A stretch of 64,000 nt of DNA from Candidatus Poribacteria bacterium (GTDB taxonomy: Bacteria > Poribacteria > WGA-4E > PCPOR2b): the NCBI GenBank assembly GCA_965218095.1, contig OZ244587.1, positions 64,001-128,000 of the forward strand, given 5' to 3'. This document shows positions 20,761 through 30,721 of this stretch, one piece after another. The notes beneath the pieces were generated by a model that searched no databases, had not been told where the DNA came from, and saw only the letters and a program-made list of their open reading frames with translations. Position 1 is the first letter of the stretch. The number at the start of each line of letters is the position of its first letter. The position numbers and the translations under genes are program-made.

Positions 20761-23475
20761 TCAGGAATTATCAGCGCCAGGGTGTTTTGCATCAACGCCC
20801 TTCAAGACTATATCACCGGATGACGGTTCAAAAATTGCCAACTGCGCCAACGCTTCCTGAATCTCTTCCAGCCGAGTTGAGTCTGTAATCTTTGCGCCAT
20901 TTGTATCTGTCACGTAGAATGAATCCTCTGCGATAAACGCTTCTGTCGTGATCTTGGCGAGACGGATATCCAAGCCAAGTTTATAGAATTCATCCGAGAT
21001 TGTGTAGAGCAATCCAATCCAATCTTGTGCACGGATGTCGATAATCGTTGCGTAATCTGAACCCTCATTGTCAATCCTGATTCCTGGCAGGATATAACGC
21101 CGTTGGGGATGGGCAGAAGGATCCGATTTGCGTTGCCGCTGCAGAACGGTTTCCACATCGGTTTCCCCTTCCCAGACGGCGGTTAAGGTCTCCTCAACCT
21201 GGCGATACCAATCTGAGATTGGACCTTTTCCCGTCTGTCCATCCGTTACATTCAGAACATCGATGGCAATCCCGTCGCTTCGCGTGTTAATCATAGCACT
21301 CAGGATGTTGATATTCTCAGCCGCGAGTACGCCCGTAATTCGCCGAAAAATGCCCCGTGCATCGCGGGTACAGATGCCCATCTGCGTGTAAATCTGATTC
21401 TCCGCAAAACGGGAGATAGCGATTGAATTATCACCCAACTGTTCAACGAGCTGGATCTGCTTGCTGATGAATTCAGGCGTCTGTGAACTGAGTCCCTGTT
21501 CAGGCATCGTTTCAAAATGTCGCACGATTACAGCTTCGCCGATCGTTTCGCCGATAAGTTGAATGATCTGCTTTTGAAGTTCATCGACCTGCAAGAAATC
21601 CACCTTGCCTTGTAGGAACTTGAGTGTCCGTGTGTAGAGTTGCCAAAGTAGAATCGCGTTCCATTCGTTCCAAATTTCCGGGCTCACCGCTCGCATATCG
21701 GCAAAAGTCAAGAGATAGAGCATCTTCAGGTGGCGCGCATCCTTCACCAACTCTGCGAAGCGTTCAATTACTTTCGGGTCATCGAGATCGCGTTGTTGGG
21801 CGGTATGGCCCATATCAAGGTGTCTTGAAATAAGGAATAACACAGCTTCTTTATCCACGGCATCCAGTCCTAAACGATCTAGCGCCGCTTGCGCCACTTC
21901 AACGCCTCGCTTATCATGCCCCTCTGAACCTTCGACCCCTTTGCCCACATCATGCAGTAAAATGGCGAGCCGCAGCAGCTCCGGCTTCTCCACTTCTTTA
22001 ATAATGTCAAGAAAAACCTGTCCGTCCTTTAACTTTGCCAATGTTGCTTCTTCGAGGTTCTCGATTGCGTACAGGGTATGTTCATCGACCGTATATTGAT
22101 GAGGCCGATCAAATCGCACCAGTGATCGCACCATCCCGAATTCAGGCAAGTAACGATCTAGCACCTGCCAACGGTGCATTCGGCGTAGGACTTCAGTGAC
22201 CGCTTTCGGATAGCGGAGAATCGACAGAAAGCATTCCGCGACTTCAGGTGAATATCGGAAGTTCTCATCAATCAAATCTAGATTTGCGGAAATCTCGTGT
22301 CGCACATCGGCATGGATTCGATTCCCCAACTGTTGACGGCACATGAATACCTTCATTATGCGGGTGGGGTCATCTGTCAAACTTGCATATCCCTCCTGAA
22401 AACCAATCTCATTCCGGACAATCGCAAAACCATCTGGCAATACTTTGGGTCGCCATCGGTCAAGCACTCGATGCAGCAGGGATTCTTGATACTTCACACG
22501 GTCAATAATGAGCTTCGCAAATTCATAGAGGTGCTCCGCGTGCAGATAGTAATCTCGCATCATGGCTTCCTCTGCGAGGACGCCCCCATTATCCTGGTAC
22601 CCGAGATTTTTGGCGACGATCTCTTGAGTCTCAAAGGTCAACTGATCGCTTCTTTTTCGATTGACATAATGGAGTTCGTTGCGCAGTCGCCACAGAAAAT
22701 CGAGCGAAGCTTCACACGCTTCCGATACTTCTTCAGGAATAACCCCACGCCTGCAAAGTCCTTCCAGATCTTTAACCCCGTAGCGAACCGCCGCAACCCA
22801 GATGCCGGTATGAAAGTCCCGCAGCCCTCCGGCACTCTCCTTGATGTTCGGCTCTTGCAAATAGATCGTTGAACCGTAAGATTCGTGACGTTCGCTCCAT
22901 TCCTGAATCTTTTTCGAGATGAACTTACCCACCTGCTTTTTGTAAAAGTGTTTTGATGTCAGCGTCTGAAATTGGCGAAAAACCGCCTTGTCGCCAACGA
23001 TATACCGCGCTTCGATCATCGAGGTTTTAGAGAAAATATCATCGTAGGTTGCGCGAACACAATCCTTGAGAGACCGACAGCTATGCCCAACCTCAAAACC
23101 GACATCCCAGAGCATCGAAATCAGCAGATTAGCAAACGGTTCCAACTGTTTCACGTTCACGCCTGAAGCATTGTAAACCAGCATGATGTCAATATCTGAA
23201 TATGGATTTAACTCCTCACGTCCATATCCCCCCAATGCGAGAATGGCGACAGGGGTCTGTTTAGATAGCAAGGGTGCGTCGCCGCTCACCTTGATCGCGG
23301 ATTGGTAGATGCGCTGAATCACATTGTCTGTAAGACCGGTGTATTCTTCGACAATTTCCTTGCCGCCGATTCCGAAGCGATGGCGTAAGTAGATGCGTTC
23401 ACGTTCTTTGATACAGAAATTTTTCAGGTCTTCAACAAGCCTATGGTTTTGTAATTGATTTTGTTGCTGTTGCAT
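20761..23475 (-). CDS. glnD: [protein-PII] uridylyltransferase
   Basis: ALGGYGREELNPYSDID, EPNIKESAGGLRD, HQYTVDEHT, LLHDVGKG HD domain, two C-terminal ACT domains. Confidence 0.96.
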   Translation of the reverse strand: MQQQQNQLQNHRLVEDLKNFCIKERERIYLRHRFGIGGKEIVEEYTGLTDNVIQRIYQSAIKVSGDAPLLSKQTPVAILALGGYGREELNPYSDIDIMLVYNASGVNVKQLEPFANLLISMLWDVGFEVGHSCRSLKDCVRATYDDIFSKTSMIEARYIVGDKAVFRQFQTLTSKHFYKKQVGKFISKKIQEWSERHESYGSTIYLQEPNIKESAGGLRDFHTGIWVAAVRYGVKDLEGLCRRGVIPEEVSEACEASLDFLWRLRNELHYVNRKRSDQLTFETQEIVAKNLGYQDNGGVLAEEAMMRDYYLHAEHLYEFAKLIIDRVKYQESLLHRVLDRWRPKVLPDGFAIVRNEIGFQEGYASLTDDPTRIMKVFMCRQQLGNRIHADVRHEISANLDLIDENFRYSPEVAECFLSILRYPKAVTEVLRRMHRWQVLDRYLPEFGMVRSLVRFDRPHQYTVDEHTLYAIENLEEATLAKLKDGQVFLDIIKEVEKPELLRLAILLHDVGKGVEGSEGHDKRGVEVAQAALDRLGLDAVDKEAVLFLISRHLDMGHTAQQRDLDDPKVIERFAELVKDARHLKMLYLLTFADMRAVSPEIWNEWNAILLWQLYTRTLKFLQGKVDFLQVDELQKQIIQLIGETIGEAVIVRHFETMPEQGLSSQTPEFISKQIQLVEQLGDNSIAISRFAENQIYTQMGICTRDARGIFRRITGVLAAENINILSAMINTRSDGIAIDVLNVTDGQTGKGPISDWYRQVEETLTAVWEGETDVETVLQRQRKSDPSAHPQRRYILPGIRIDNEGSDYATIIDIRAQDWIGLLYTISDEFYKLGLDIRLAKITTEAFIAEDSFYVTDTNGAKITDSTRLEEIQEALAQLAIFEPSSGDIVLKGVDAKHPGADNS

Positions 23476-23495
23476 TTATGTTCTCCGAAATACTG

Positions 23496-23528
23496 AACCT
23501 TTCAAAGGTTCAAAACCTTTGAAAGGTT
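23496..23528. repeat. REP-like palindrome
   Basis: AACCTTTCAAAGGTT-CAA-AACCTTTGAAAGGTT. Confidence 0.65.
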
Positions 23529-23538
23529 TGGCTGGTTG

Positions 23539-24894
23539 TCACCCCAACCTGGACAGGTCGCTGAAAAATAGGATACAAGCCAGCACCGGTAACACGGCAA
23601 GGAGTAGCTTGACTTCAAGCAGGTAGTTCTGATAGCGCAAAGCAGATGGATCGCCCGTCTGTAGCCGATTAATAAATTCAATTCGTCGATCAATCGAAGG
23701 GTGCGTCTGAAAGCACTCGAACAGATGCTGGATGGATCGGGGTATGTAATTGAGGTATGCAAGGCGATTCAGGGCGGATTTGAACGCCTCCGACTTGCCT
23801 GTAAGCGCAGCGGCATAGAGATCTGCCTGGTGCTCGAAACGTCTCGAAAGGGAGCGAAAAATGATAACGAAGTAGAAGAAAACGAAAAAGATCGCGCCAA
23901 TTGCTGATAGAATAGGAGAATAGGGTAGCATCGACTCAATCGGCCGCTCAATGTAGATATAATAGACGGCATAGCTGAGAAAGTAGGCAATGGAAAAGAT
24001 GAAATAGGTCAAAATATGTTTGTAACGGATATGCCCAAATTCATGCGCCACAATTGTTTCAATTTCATCATCGGAGAAGTATTTCAGCAGAGCATCAGTC
24101 AGGAAAATCTGGCGGGACCATGGGATAATTCCAGCCACAGCCGCGTTAGCAACTGCGAGTGACCCCGTCTGCCAGACAACGATGTTTTTGTACTTGATGT
24201 TGTTTTGCGTAGCCAACCAATGCAACCTCCTTCTCAAATTCGCATCAGCTAGAGGCACTGTCCTCCAGATGGCACCCAACAACAGAGGGGCGTAGATGTA
24301 CGCCAATAAAATCAGGAATGCTATAAACACCATAGGCAGGTATATATGCTTGGCAAAAAACGGGACGTGTTCGATTAGATCAAGCAAGGAAAGGTAGGCA
24401 AACAACGGTACCAGAGGCAGCAGAAGAAATTTCAGGTGGAAGCTGAGGAATTCACTCCGTTTCCAATCCCGTACCTCCACCTTCCGCTCAATTTCATAAA
24501 GCGCAAGACGGATCAGCATTAACCCAACAAGAAGCGGGACAATCGCGACGATTTGGCGTGTATAAGTTAAAGCCAACCACTCCAACTCCTGATCGATTAA
24601 CAACGGCAAATTCAGGAGGTATACATCACAAATGTAACCAATCAGGATGAGGCATTCAAAGACAATCGCAGATCGTTTCAGGAGGTACAATTGACGCATT
24701 CGGGCATTCTGATTGGTGGGCAATGTTCTCGCTGCATATGATCCAAAAAAATAAACAAGAGCTGCCGGCAAGACAGTCACTGCCACCGTAACCATGAGGG
24801 TGAGCAGTTGATTAAACTCTCCACTACCTCCCGATGGTTCAAAGGAGAGGAGAAAAATCAATCCTGCGATTAAAACAATGCTAATCTGGCCCAT
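23539..24894 (-). CDS. M48-family integral membrane zinc metalloprotease (Ste24/HtpX-like)
   Basis: ANAA, AHEFGH (HExxH), EHQAD, THPSIDRRI; multiple TM segments. Confidence 0.9.
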   Translation of the reverse strand: MGQISIVLIAGLIFLLSFEPSGGSGEFNQLLTLMVTVAVTVLPAALVYFFGSYAARTLPTNQNARMRQLYLLKRSAIVFECLILIGYICDVYLLNLPLLIDQELEWLALTYTRQIVAIVPLLVGLMLIRLALYEIERKVEVRDWKRSEFLSFHLKFLLLPLVPLFAYLSLLDLIEHVPFFAKHIYLPMVFIAFLILLAYIYAPLLLGAIWRTVPLADANLRRRLHWLATQNNIKYKNIVVWQTGSLAVANAAVAGIIPWSRQIFLTDALLKYFSDDEIETIVAHEFGHIRYKHILTYFIFSIAYFLSYAVYYIYIERPIESMLPYSPILSAIGAIFFVFFYFVIIFRSLSRRFEHQADLYAAALTGKSEAFKSALNRLAYLNYIPRSIQHLFECFQTHPSIDRRIEFINRLQTGDPSALRYQNYLLEVKLLLAVLPVLACILFFSDLSRLG

Positions 24895-24989
24895 TATCGT
24901 ATTCCTGACTGGAATTTAAGGAGGTGTATTAAGGCGCTTGAAACGAATCGGTATTCTATCATGTGTTGTCTGAGAAGTCAAACGAAAAC

Positions 24990-25445
24990 CTAGAGTGCGC
25001 CCAGGGGTTATTTAGTTTTCAATGGAACCACGATTAGACCTTTCCCCTAACCCCTCTTCTGCGCTATCTATTAACCAGATCTTTTCGCTCGGCGATGAAG
25101 TCGCCGAGCTACAGAAAACGGTGCCCGATGAGTCGGGCTTTCGGGGGATCTGAAAAGTCTGATTTATCGAACGCAGCCTTGTAGCCCGCTGATTCATCGG
25201 CGGGTGCTCCAGGACGCTGTTGGAAAGTTCCCCCCTTTCGATTTCAGATTCAGGGGTGGACAGGTGGTGATAAAATCAGAGGCTCCTAATTCCCAAGCTA
25301 TAGCCCCAACACGATCGGGATCCAAAGCAACTTGGGAATCTACATCGGCGAAGTTTCGGAACGATCGGGGCTTTCGCCAAGGTGTCCGCCTTTGAACCGT
25401 TTCAGAGACCGGCCGAGGCAGAGGTCAAAAACCAAGCCTGCGTGT
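24990..25445. repeat. mosaic of REP/MITE-like palindromes
   Basis: CTCGGCGATGAAGTCGCCGAGCTAC, GTAGCCCGCTGATTCATCGGCGGG, GCCCGATGAGTCGGGC and TCCCAAG/CTTGGGA arms; no credible ORF. Confidence 0.55.
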
Positions 25446-25457
25446 GTCAGAAAAGTG

Positions 25458-25486
25458 TTGACAGACAGTGCAAGGTTATTTATAAT
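25458..25486 (+). promoter_or_regulatory. sigma70 promoter
   Basis: Perfect TTGACA-17-TATAAT upstream of AAGGAGG-ATG at 25521. Confidence 0.85.
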
Positions 25487-25520
25487 CCCGAAAACTTGGA
25501 ACCATAAGGAGGCACGAACA

Positions 25521-26363
25521 ATGAACATAACCGTCCCCGCGTTGCCAACTATTTCACTTAGACCGTATCAGGTGAGCCGACTCATTATCGGTGACAATCC
25601 AATTTACGGTTACTCGCATTTCAACCAACTGCTTTCTCAGCACCAGCAAGACGTCCACACCCCCGATCAAGTGATGGCGACGCTGAGGCGTGCAGAGGAG
25701 GTCGGCGTCAACACATGGCAGAACACAATCACGGAACGTTCCCTCTCCGATCTGCGGCGCTATCGGGAGGAAGGCGGTGCAATCCAATGGCTATGCCTCA
25801 GTACGCCGCAGTGGTATGATGAACCACACCGTGTTGAGGAAGCCGCACGCCACAAACCAATCGGCATAGTGCCACACGGCAGCATTGGAGATCGCTGTCT
25901 GCGAGAGAACAAACTCGATCTGCTCAGAGACATCCTCAAGCGTATTCGGAATACCGGCGTTTTGGTCGGATTATCCGTTCACGACCCGAAGCTCCTTCGC
26001 ATTGCAGAGAATGAGGACTGGGACGTTGATTACTACATGACTGCGCTTTACAACCTTCGCGTTGGAAGGGAAGAATTTGAACAGAAGTTTGGCCACCCGC
26101 CTTTGGGAGAGATTTATCTGCGTGAGCACCGCCCTGAGATGTGTGAACAGATCCAACAAACGGACAAACCGTGTATTGCCTTCAAAGTCCTCGCCGCCGG
26201 TCGGGCAATCGGCTCTAAGGAGCAGATCCGAGAGGAGTTTGCGTTCGCTTTGACGCACATCAAGCCTACCGACGCCATCCTCATCGGCATGTACCAGAAG
26301 TTCGGCGATCAGATCGGTGAAAACGCTGCGATGGTTGCTGAAATCTGTCAGGGGAAAGAGTAG
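25521..26363 (+). CDS. conserved hypothetical, aldo/keto-reductase-like TIM barrel
   Basis: VSRLIIGDNP..GYSH, GLSVHDP, PCIAFKVLAAGR motifs. Confidence 0.7.
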   Translation: MNITVPALPTISLRPYQVSRLIIGDNPIYGYSHFNQLLSQHQQDVHTPDQVMATLRRAEEVGVNTWQNTITERSLSDLRRYREEGGAIQWLCLSTPQWYDEPHRVEEAARHKPIGIVPHGSIGDRCLRENKLDLLRDILKRIRNTGVLVGLSVHDPKLLRIAENEDWDVDYYMTALYNLRVGREEFEQKFGHPPLGEIYLREHRPEMCEQIQQTDKPCIAFKVLAAGRAIGSKEQIREEFAFALTHIKPTDAILIGMYQKFGDQIGENAAMVAEICQGKE

Positions 26364-26563
26364 CCACTCAATTTTCGAGATGGTTTGCAATTCAGTTAAC
26401 ACTTTGATATCGTGCTGCAAAATCCATCCATTTGACTTCATAGGAGATTTCCGGCGAAATATGGCAATTCCTGATTGATTTAATGACGTGGATAGTATAT
26501 AATTGATCCGTGATAACAACCCGATCGTGTAAGCTGCTTTACACCGAAGAAGGGGGAAATTTT

Positions 26564-27613
26564 ATGAGCCAGACATTTCGGGTGGGAATCACTCGTGACG
26601 TCCTCAAACCGGATGGGACGCTCGGCTTCGGCGACATCGGCTTGAGTTTGTTGGAACAGGCAGAAGGCGTAGAGTGGGAGTTCTTAGCGGAGAATACGCC
26701 GACGTTGCGCGGCGATCAGGTACAGGACTATGATGCCTTGCTAGTGCTGGCGCCGGCAGTGACCGGTGAGACACTGGAGGGCGGTGACCGCCTGGCAATT
26801 TTAGCACGGTTCGGCGTGGGTTACGACAGTGTAGACGTGGCAGCCTGTAGCAAAAACGGAGTCCTGCTGACCATCACTCCCGACGGCGTGCGGCGACCTG
26901 TGGCGGTTTCCATCATCACTTTTATCCTGGCACTCAGCCACAAGTTGTTTATCAAGGACCACCTGACCCGCAACGGGCGTTGGGGAGAGAAACTGGATCA
27001 TATGGGTATGGGTGTCACCGGGCGGACGCTCGGCCTGGTGGGGCTGGGAAATATCGGACGCGAAGTATTCAAACTGGCGCAACCGTTCGGGATGCGTCAC
27101 CTGGCATACGATCCTTATGTGATTCCTGAGCAGGCAACTGCGGCAGGGGTGGAGTTGGTGGATTTAGAGATGTTGCTCCGCACGTCAGACTTCGTCTCCA
27201 TCTGCTGCGCCCTCACCCCGGAGACCCACCACCTGCTCAACGCAGAACGACTCGCGCTCATGAAGGAGACCGCTTACCTGATCAACACCGCCCGCGGTCC
27301 CATCGTAGACCAAGCTGCGCTCACCGTCGCGCTGCGAGAAGGGCACATTCAGGGAGCGGCGCTGGATGTGTTTGAACGGGAGCCGGTAGACCCTAACGAT
27401 CCAATCTTAAAACTGGATAACGTCATCGTCACGCCGCACGGCATCTGCTGGACAGACGAGTGCTTTCTGGGCAACGGGAAAAGCGCGTGCCAAAGTATTC
27501 TGGATGTCACGGCTGGATGCATCCCAAACAACGTAGTCAACCATGATGCGCTGGACCACCCGCGCTTTCAAGAGAAATTGCGCCAATATAGGGCGAGAAC
27601 AGAGGCGAAATGA
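26564..27613 (+). CDS. D-isomer-specific 2-hydroxyacid dehydrogenase
   Basis: RFGVGYDSVD, GLVGLGNIG, INTARGPIVD, ALDVFEREP, TPH. Confidence 0.92.
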   Translation: MSQTFRVGITRDVLKPDGTLGFGDIGLSLLEQAEGVEWEFLAENTPTLRGDQVQDYDALLVLAPAVTGETLEGGDRLAILARFGVGYDSVDVAACSKNGVLLTITPDGVRRPVAVSIITFILALSHKLFIKDHLTRNGRWGEKLDHMGMGVTGRTLGLVGLGNIGREVFKLAQPFGMRHLAYDPYVIPEQATAAGVELVDLEMLLRTSDFVSICCALTPETHHLLNAERLALMKETAYLINTARGPIVDQAALTVALREGHIQGAALDVFEREPVDPNDPILKLDNVIVTPHGICWTDECFLGNGKSACQSILDVTAGCIPNNVVNHDALDHPRFQEKLRQYRARTEAK

Positions 27614-28383
27614 GAGAAAACAAGGTCAAACGGGCCCTGAAGGGTGGAGGCGTGTCGATAGGCACGATGGTGTTCGAGTTTAATACGACCGGTATTTCGC
27701 GTATTGCTGCGGAAGCAGGCGCCGAGTTTGTTATATTCGACATGGAGCACACCGGCTGGAGCGTAGAGACGGTGCGCACGCTGATAGCGACCTCACGGGC
27801 AGCGGACATCGTGCCGATGGTGCGCGTGCCCACGACAGAATACCACTTCTTCGCACGCGCACTGGATGTCGGCGCGATGGGGTTGATGGTTCCAATGGTT
27901 GAAAACGAGGAGCAGGCACGGCTGATCGTGGAGTCCGCCAAGTATCCACCGATGGGCCGCCGCGGAGCCGCCTTCGGTGTGGCACATGACGATTACACGG
28001 GCGGCGATATCTTGGCAAAGATGGCGAGCGCCAACGAAGAAGGACTACTCATCGTTCAGATTGAAACCGTGCAAGGCGTCGAGAACGCGGACAAGATCGC
28101 GGCGATCGACGGGATTGATGTGCTGTGGATTGGTCACTTCGACTTGACCAACTCCATGAGGATTCCGGGGCAGTTCAATCATCCGGCGTTTCAGCGAGCC
28201 GTCAACCGTGTCCTCGAAGCCTGTCAACAGCACGGTGCGGCAGCGGGTTTCATGGCGTCCAACGTTGAGGAAGGACGTTCCATGCTGGAACAAGGCTTCC
28301 GCTGTCTCGCCTACGGTGGCGACCTCTGGCTTTACCAACAGGCGTTACGTGAGGGCATCAGTGAACTCTGCGCGAATGAATAA
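27610..28383 (+). CDS. HpcH/HpaI aldolase family protein
   Basis: FDMEH, VRVP, LDVGAMGLMVP, KYPPMGRRG, QIET; ATGA-type overlap with the upstream gene. Confidence 0.9.
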   Translation: MRENKVKRALKGGGVSIGTMVFEFNTTGISRIAAEAGAEFVIFDMEHTGWSVETVRTLIATSRAADIVPMVRVPTTEYHFFARALDVGAMGLMVPMVENEEQARLIVESAKYPPMGRRGAAFGVAHDDYTGGDILAKMASANEEGLLIVQIETVQGVENADKIAAIDGIDVLWIGHFDLTNSMRIPGQFNHPAFQRAVNRVLEACQQHGAAAGFMASNVEEGRSMLEQGFRCLAYGGDLWLYQQALREGISELCANE

Positions 28384-28502
28384 GTGAATCGATTATACGA
28401 ATGAGACAAGAAGGCAAGGAGTTTTCTTGTCCAAACGCTCAGTAGTTAATTAGTCCATTCACGTTTCAATCATCACGTTTCAATCAAAAGGAGGTCAGAG
28501 AC

Positions 28503-30476
28503 ATGAGCCAACTGCCACTGAGGGTGCTTTACTACGGAAAAGATGAACCCCTGCTGGAGCAGACAGAACTTTACGCCGGTCCGTTATCGCTGATCTTTGA
28601 AGGGGGTGATTTGCGCTATATTCGGTTGGGCGACCACGAGATTCTCCGCCGCGTTTACGTCGCCATCCGTGATCAGAATTGGGAGACGATACTACCCCAG
28701 CTTTCAAACATTCAGATTGAAAGCTGGGGCGACACATTCCGCATCACCTACGATGTGGAAAACAAGCAGGCCGATGTTCATTTCTTCTGGAAGGGAACTA
28801 TCGTCGGGAGCGTGGATGGGACTATCACCTTTACAATGGACGGTGAGGTGCTTTCGACCTTCCGTCGCAACCGGATCGGCTTTTGTGTGCTCCACCCGAT
28901 GGCGTGTGCGGGCCTCCCCTGCCGCGTCGAGAAGGTAGACGGCACGCTGGAAGAAGGCGCCTTCCCCAAGGACATCTCCCCACATCAACCGTTCATGGAT
29001 ATGCGGGCGATCTCCCACAAGGTCACTCCCGACGTTTGGACAGAAGTCCGGTTCGATGGCGACATCTTTGAGATGGAAGACCAGCGCAATTGGACCGATG
29101 CTTCTTACAAGACCTACTGCACGCCATTGGCTGCACCTTTCCCCGTGGAGGTCAAACCGGGGGCGAAAATCTCTCAGTCGATTACCTTGACCCTCAAGGA
29201 CAAAGGTGGAAAACTAAACGATACGCAATACGCAATACGCGATACGAACACAACGATCAATTTCGGCGTTGATGAAAAGTCATCGACTCATCTACCGCGA
29301 ATCGGACTGGGCGTCGCCAGTCATGGTCAGCCGCTCAAGGCAAAGGAATTGGAACGTCTCAAAGTGCTCAACCTTTCGCATCTACGCGTGGATATAGACC
29401 TGACTCAGCCTGATTATGAATCTGCGTTGCGCCGGGCGACTGACGAGGCGAGAGCGTTAGGGGTATCGCTGGAAGCCGCGCTTTTCCTGAGTGATGCGGC
29501 AGAGGAGGAATTGCGTGCCTTCGCCAAAGTGGTCGAGCAGGTGAAGCCACCCATTGGGACCTACCTCATCTTCCACACGGCGGAGCCATCCACATCAGCC
29601 CAATGGATCGAGTTAGCTCAACACCACTTGTCAGATGCAAAGATCGGATCTGGCACGAATGCGTATTTTACCGAGTTAAATCGCGGACAACCGCCCGTAG
29701 ACCCGCGTTGGTGGAAACGCCGGAAACACAAGCCACTAGATCTCGCCTGCTATTCGATGAATCCGCAAGTCCATGCCTTCGACAACGCCTCTCTGATCGA
29801 GACGCTGGAGACACAAGCTGTGACCGTCGAAAGCGCCCGGCAGTTTACGGACGGATTACCCCTCGCCGTCACACCCATCACGCTTCTGCCGCGTTTCAAC
29901 CCAAACGCCACCGATCCCGAACCGGAGCCAGCGCCCGGTGAACTGCCCGTACAGATTGATGTGCGGCAGATGTCGTTGTTCGGCGCCGGTTGGACGGTTG
30001 GCAGCCTCAAGTATCTCTCCGAGAGCAGCGTGTCTAGCGCCACGTATTACGAAACCAACGGCTGGCGTGGTGTGATGGAAATGAAAAGTGGTTCGCCGGC
30101 ACCAGAGAAGTTTCGTTCCAGCCCCGGCGGGGTCTTTCCGCTGTATCATGTTTTTGCTGACGTAGGGGAGTTTGCCGGAGGCAAGGTCGTGCAGACAAAG
30201 TCGAGCGATACGCTAAAGGTGGATGGCGTTGCCCTCCGCAATGAAGGGAAGGCGCGGGCGGTGCTTGCAAATCTGAGTTCCGAATCACAGCAGGTTAGGG
30301 TGGGGGATTTGGCGGAAAGTGTTCGGGTGCGTCACTTGAATGAGACAAACGCGCAAGCCGCGATGTCATCGCCCGAAGCCTTTCGTGAGCAGAGGGATGA
30401 ACTGATGCAAACGGCTGGTGGAACACTCGAACTCAACCTACTCCCTTACGCCATTGCTCGAATTGATAGTGCGTAG
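28503..30476 (+). CDS. D-apionate lactonase (ApnL)-like protein
   Basis: AGPLS...LRYIR..EILRRVY..IRDQNW, NRIGFCVLHP, FEMEDQRNWTDASYKTY, FTELNR, NPQVHAFD. Confidence 0.65.
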   Translation: MSQLPLRVLYYGKDEPLLEQTELYAGPLSLIFEGGDLRYIRLGDHEILRRVYVAIRDQNWETILPQLSNIQIESWGDTFRITYDVENKQADVHFFWKGTIVGSVDGTITFTMDGEVLSTFRRNRIGFCVLHPMACAGLPCRVEKVDGTLEEGAFPKDISPHQPFMDMRAISHKVTPDVWTEVRFDGDIFEMEDQRNWTDASYKTYCTPLAAPFPVEVKPGAKISQSITLTLKDKGGKLNDTQYAIRDTNTTINFGVDEKSSTHLPRIGLGVASHGQPLKAKELERLKVLNLSHLRVDIDLTQPDYESALRRATDEARALGVSLEAALFLSDAAEEELRAFAKVVEQVKPPIGTYLIFHTAEPSTSAQWIELAQHHLSDAKIGSGTNAYFTELNRGQPPVDPRWWKRRKHKPLDLACYSMNPQVHAFDNASLIETLETQAVTVESARQFTDGLPLAVTPITLLPRFNPNATDPEPEPAPGELPVQIDVRQMSLFGAGWTVGSLKYLSESSVSSATYYETNGWRGVMEMKSGSPAPEKFRSSPGGVFPLYHVFADVGEFAGGKVVQTKSSDTLKVDGVALRNEGKARAVLANLSSESQQVRVGDLAESVRVRHLNETNAQAAMSSPEAFREQRDELMQTAGGTLELNLLPYAIARIDSA

Positions 30477-30525
30477 GAGCCTATGCACTCAGGTTATCAC
30501 TCTGCGATTTCCAAATCGGCATCAA

Positions 30526-30675
30526 ACGTAGAGCATGCTTTGCCAAAAGAATGGGAGGGCGAGGTTCTGAACAAGTTGAGCCCCGATCAGAGATCAAGGG
30601 CAACCCCGATTTGCAATCGGGATGCGACCAACTGCGTGAAATCCCGATCCATCAGGGCTGGCAGCACGTTCTACT
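30526..30675. repeat. nested REP-like palindromes
   Basis: GTAGAGCATGCT...AGCACGTTCTAC outer arms with CCCGAT/ATCGGG hairpins inside. Confidence 0.5.
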
Positions 30676-30721
30676 TCAATCGACCCCCATCCCGGTCAAG
30701 GCAAATTTACGGGAGGAAAAT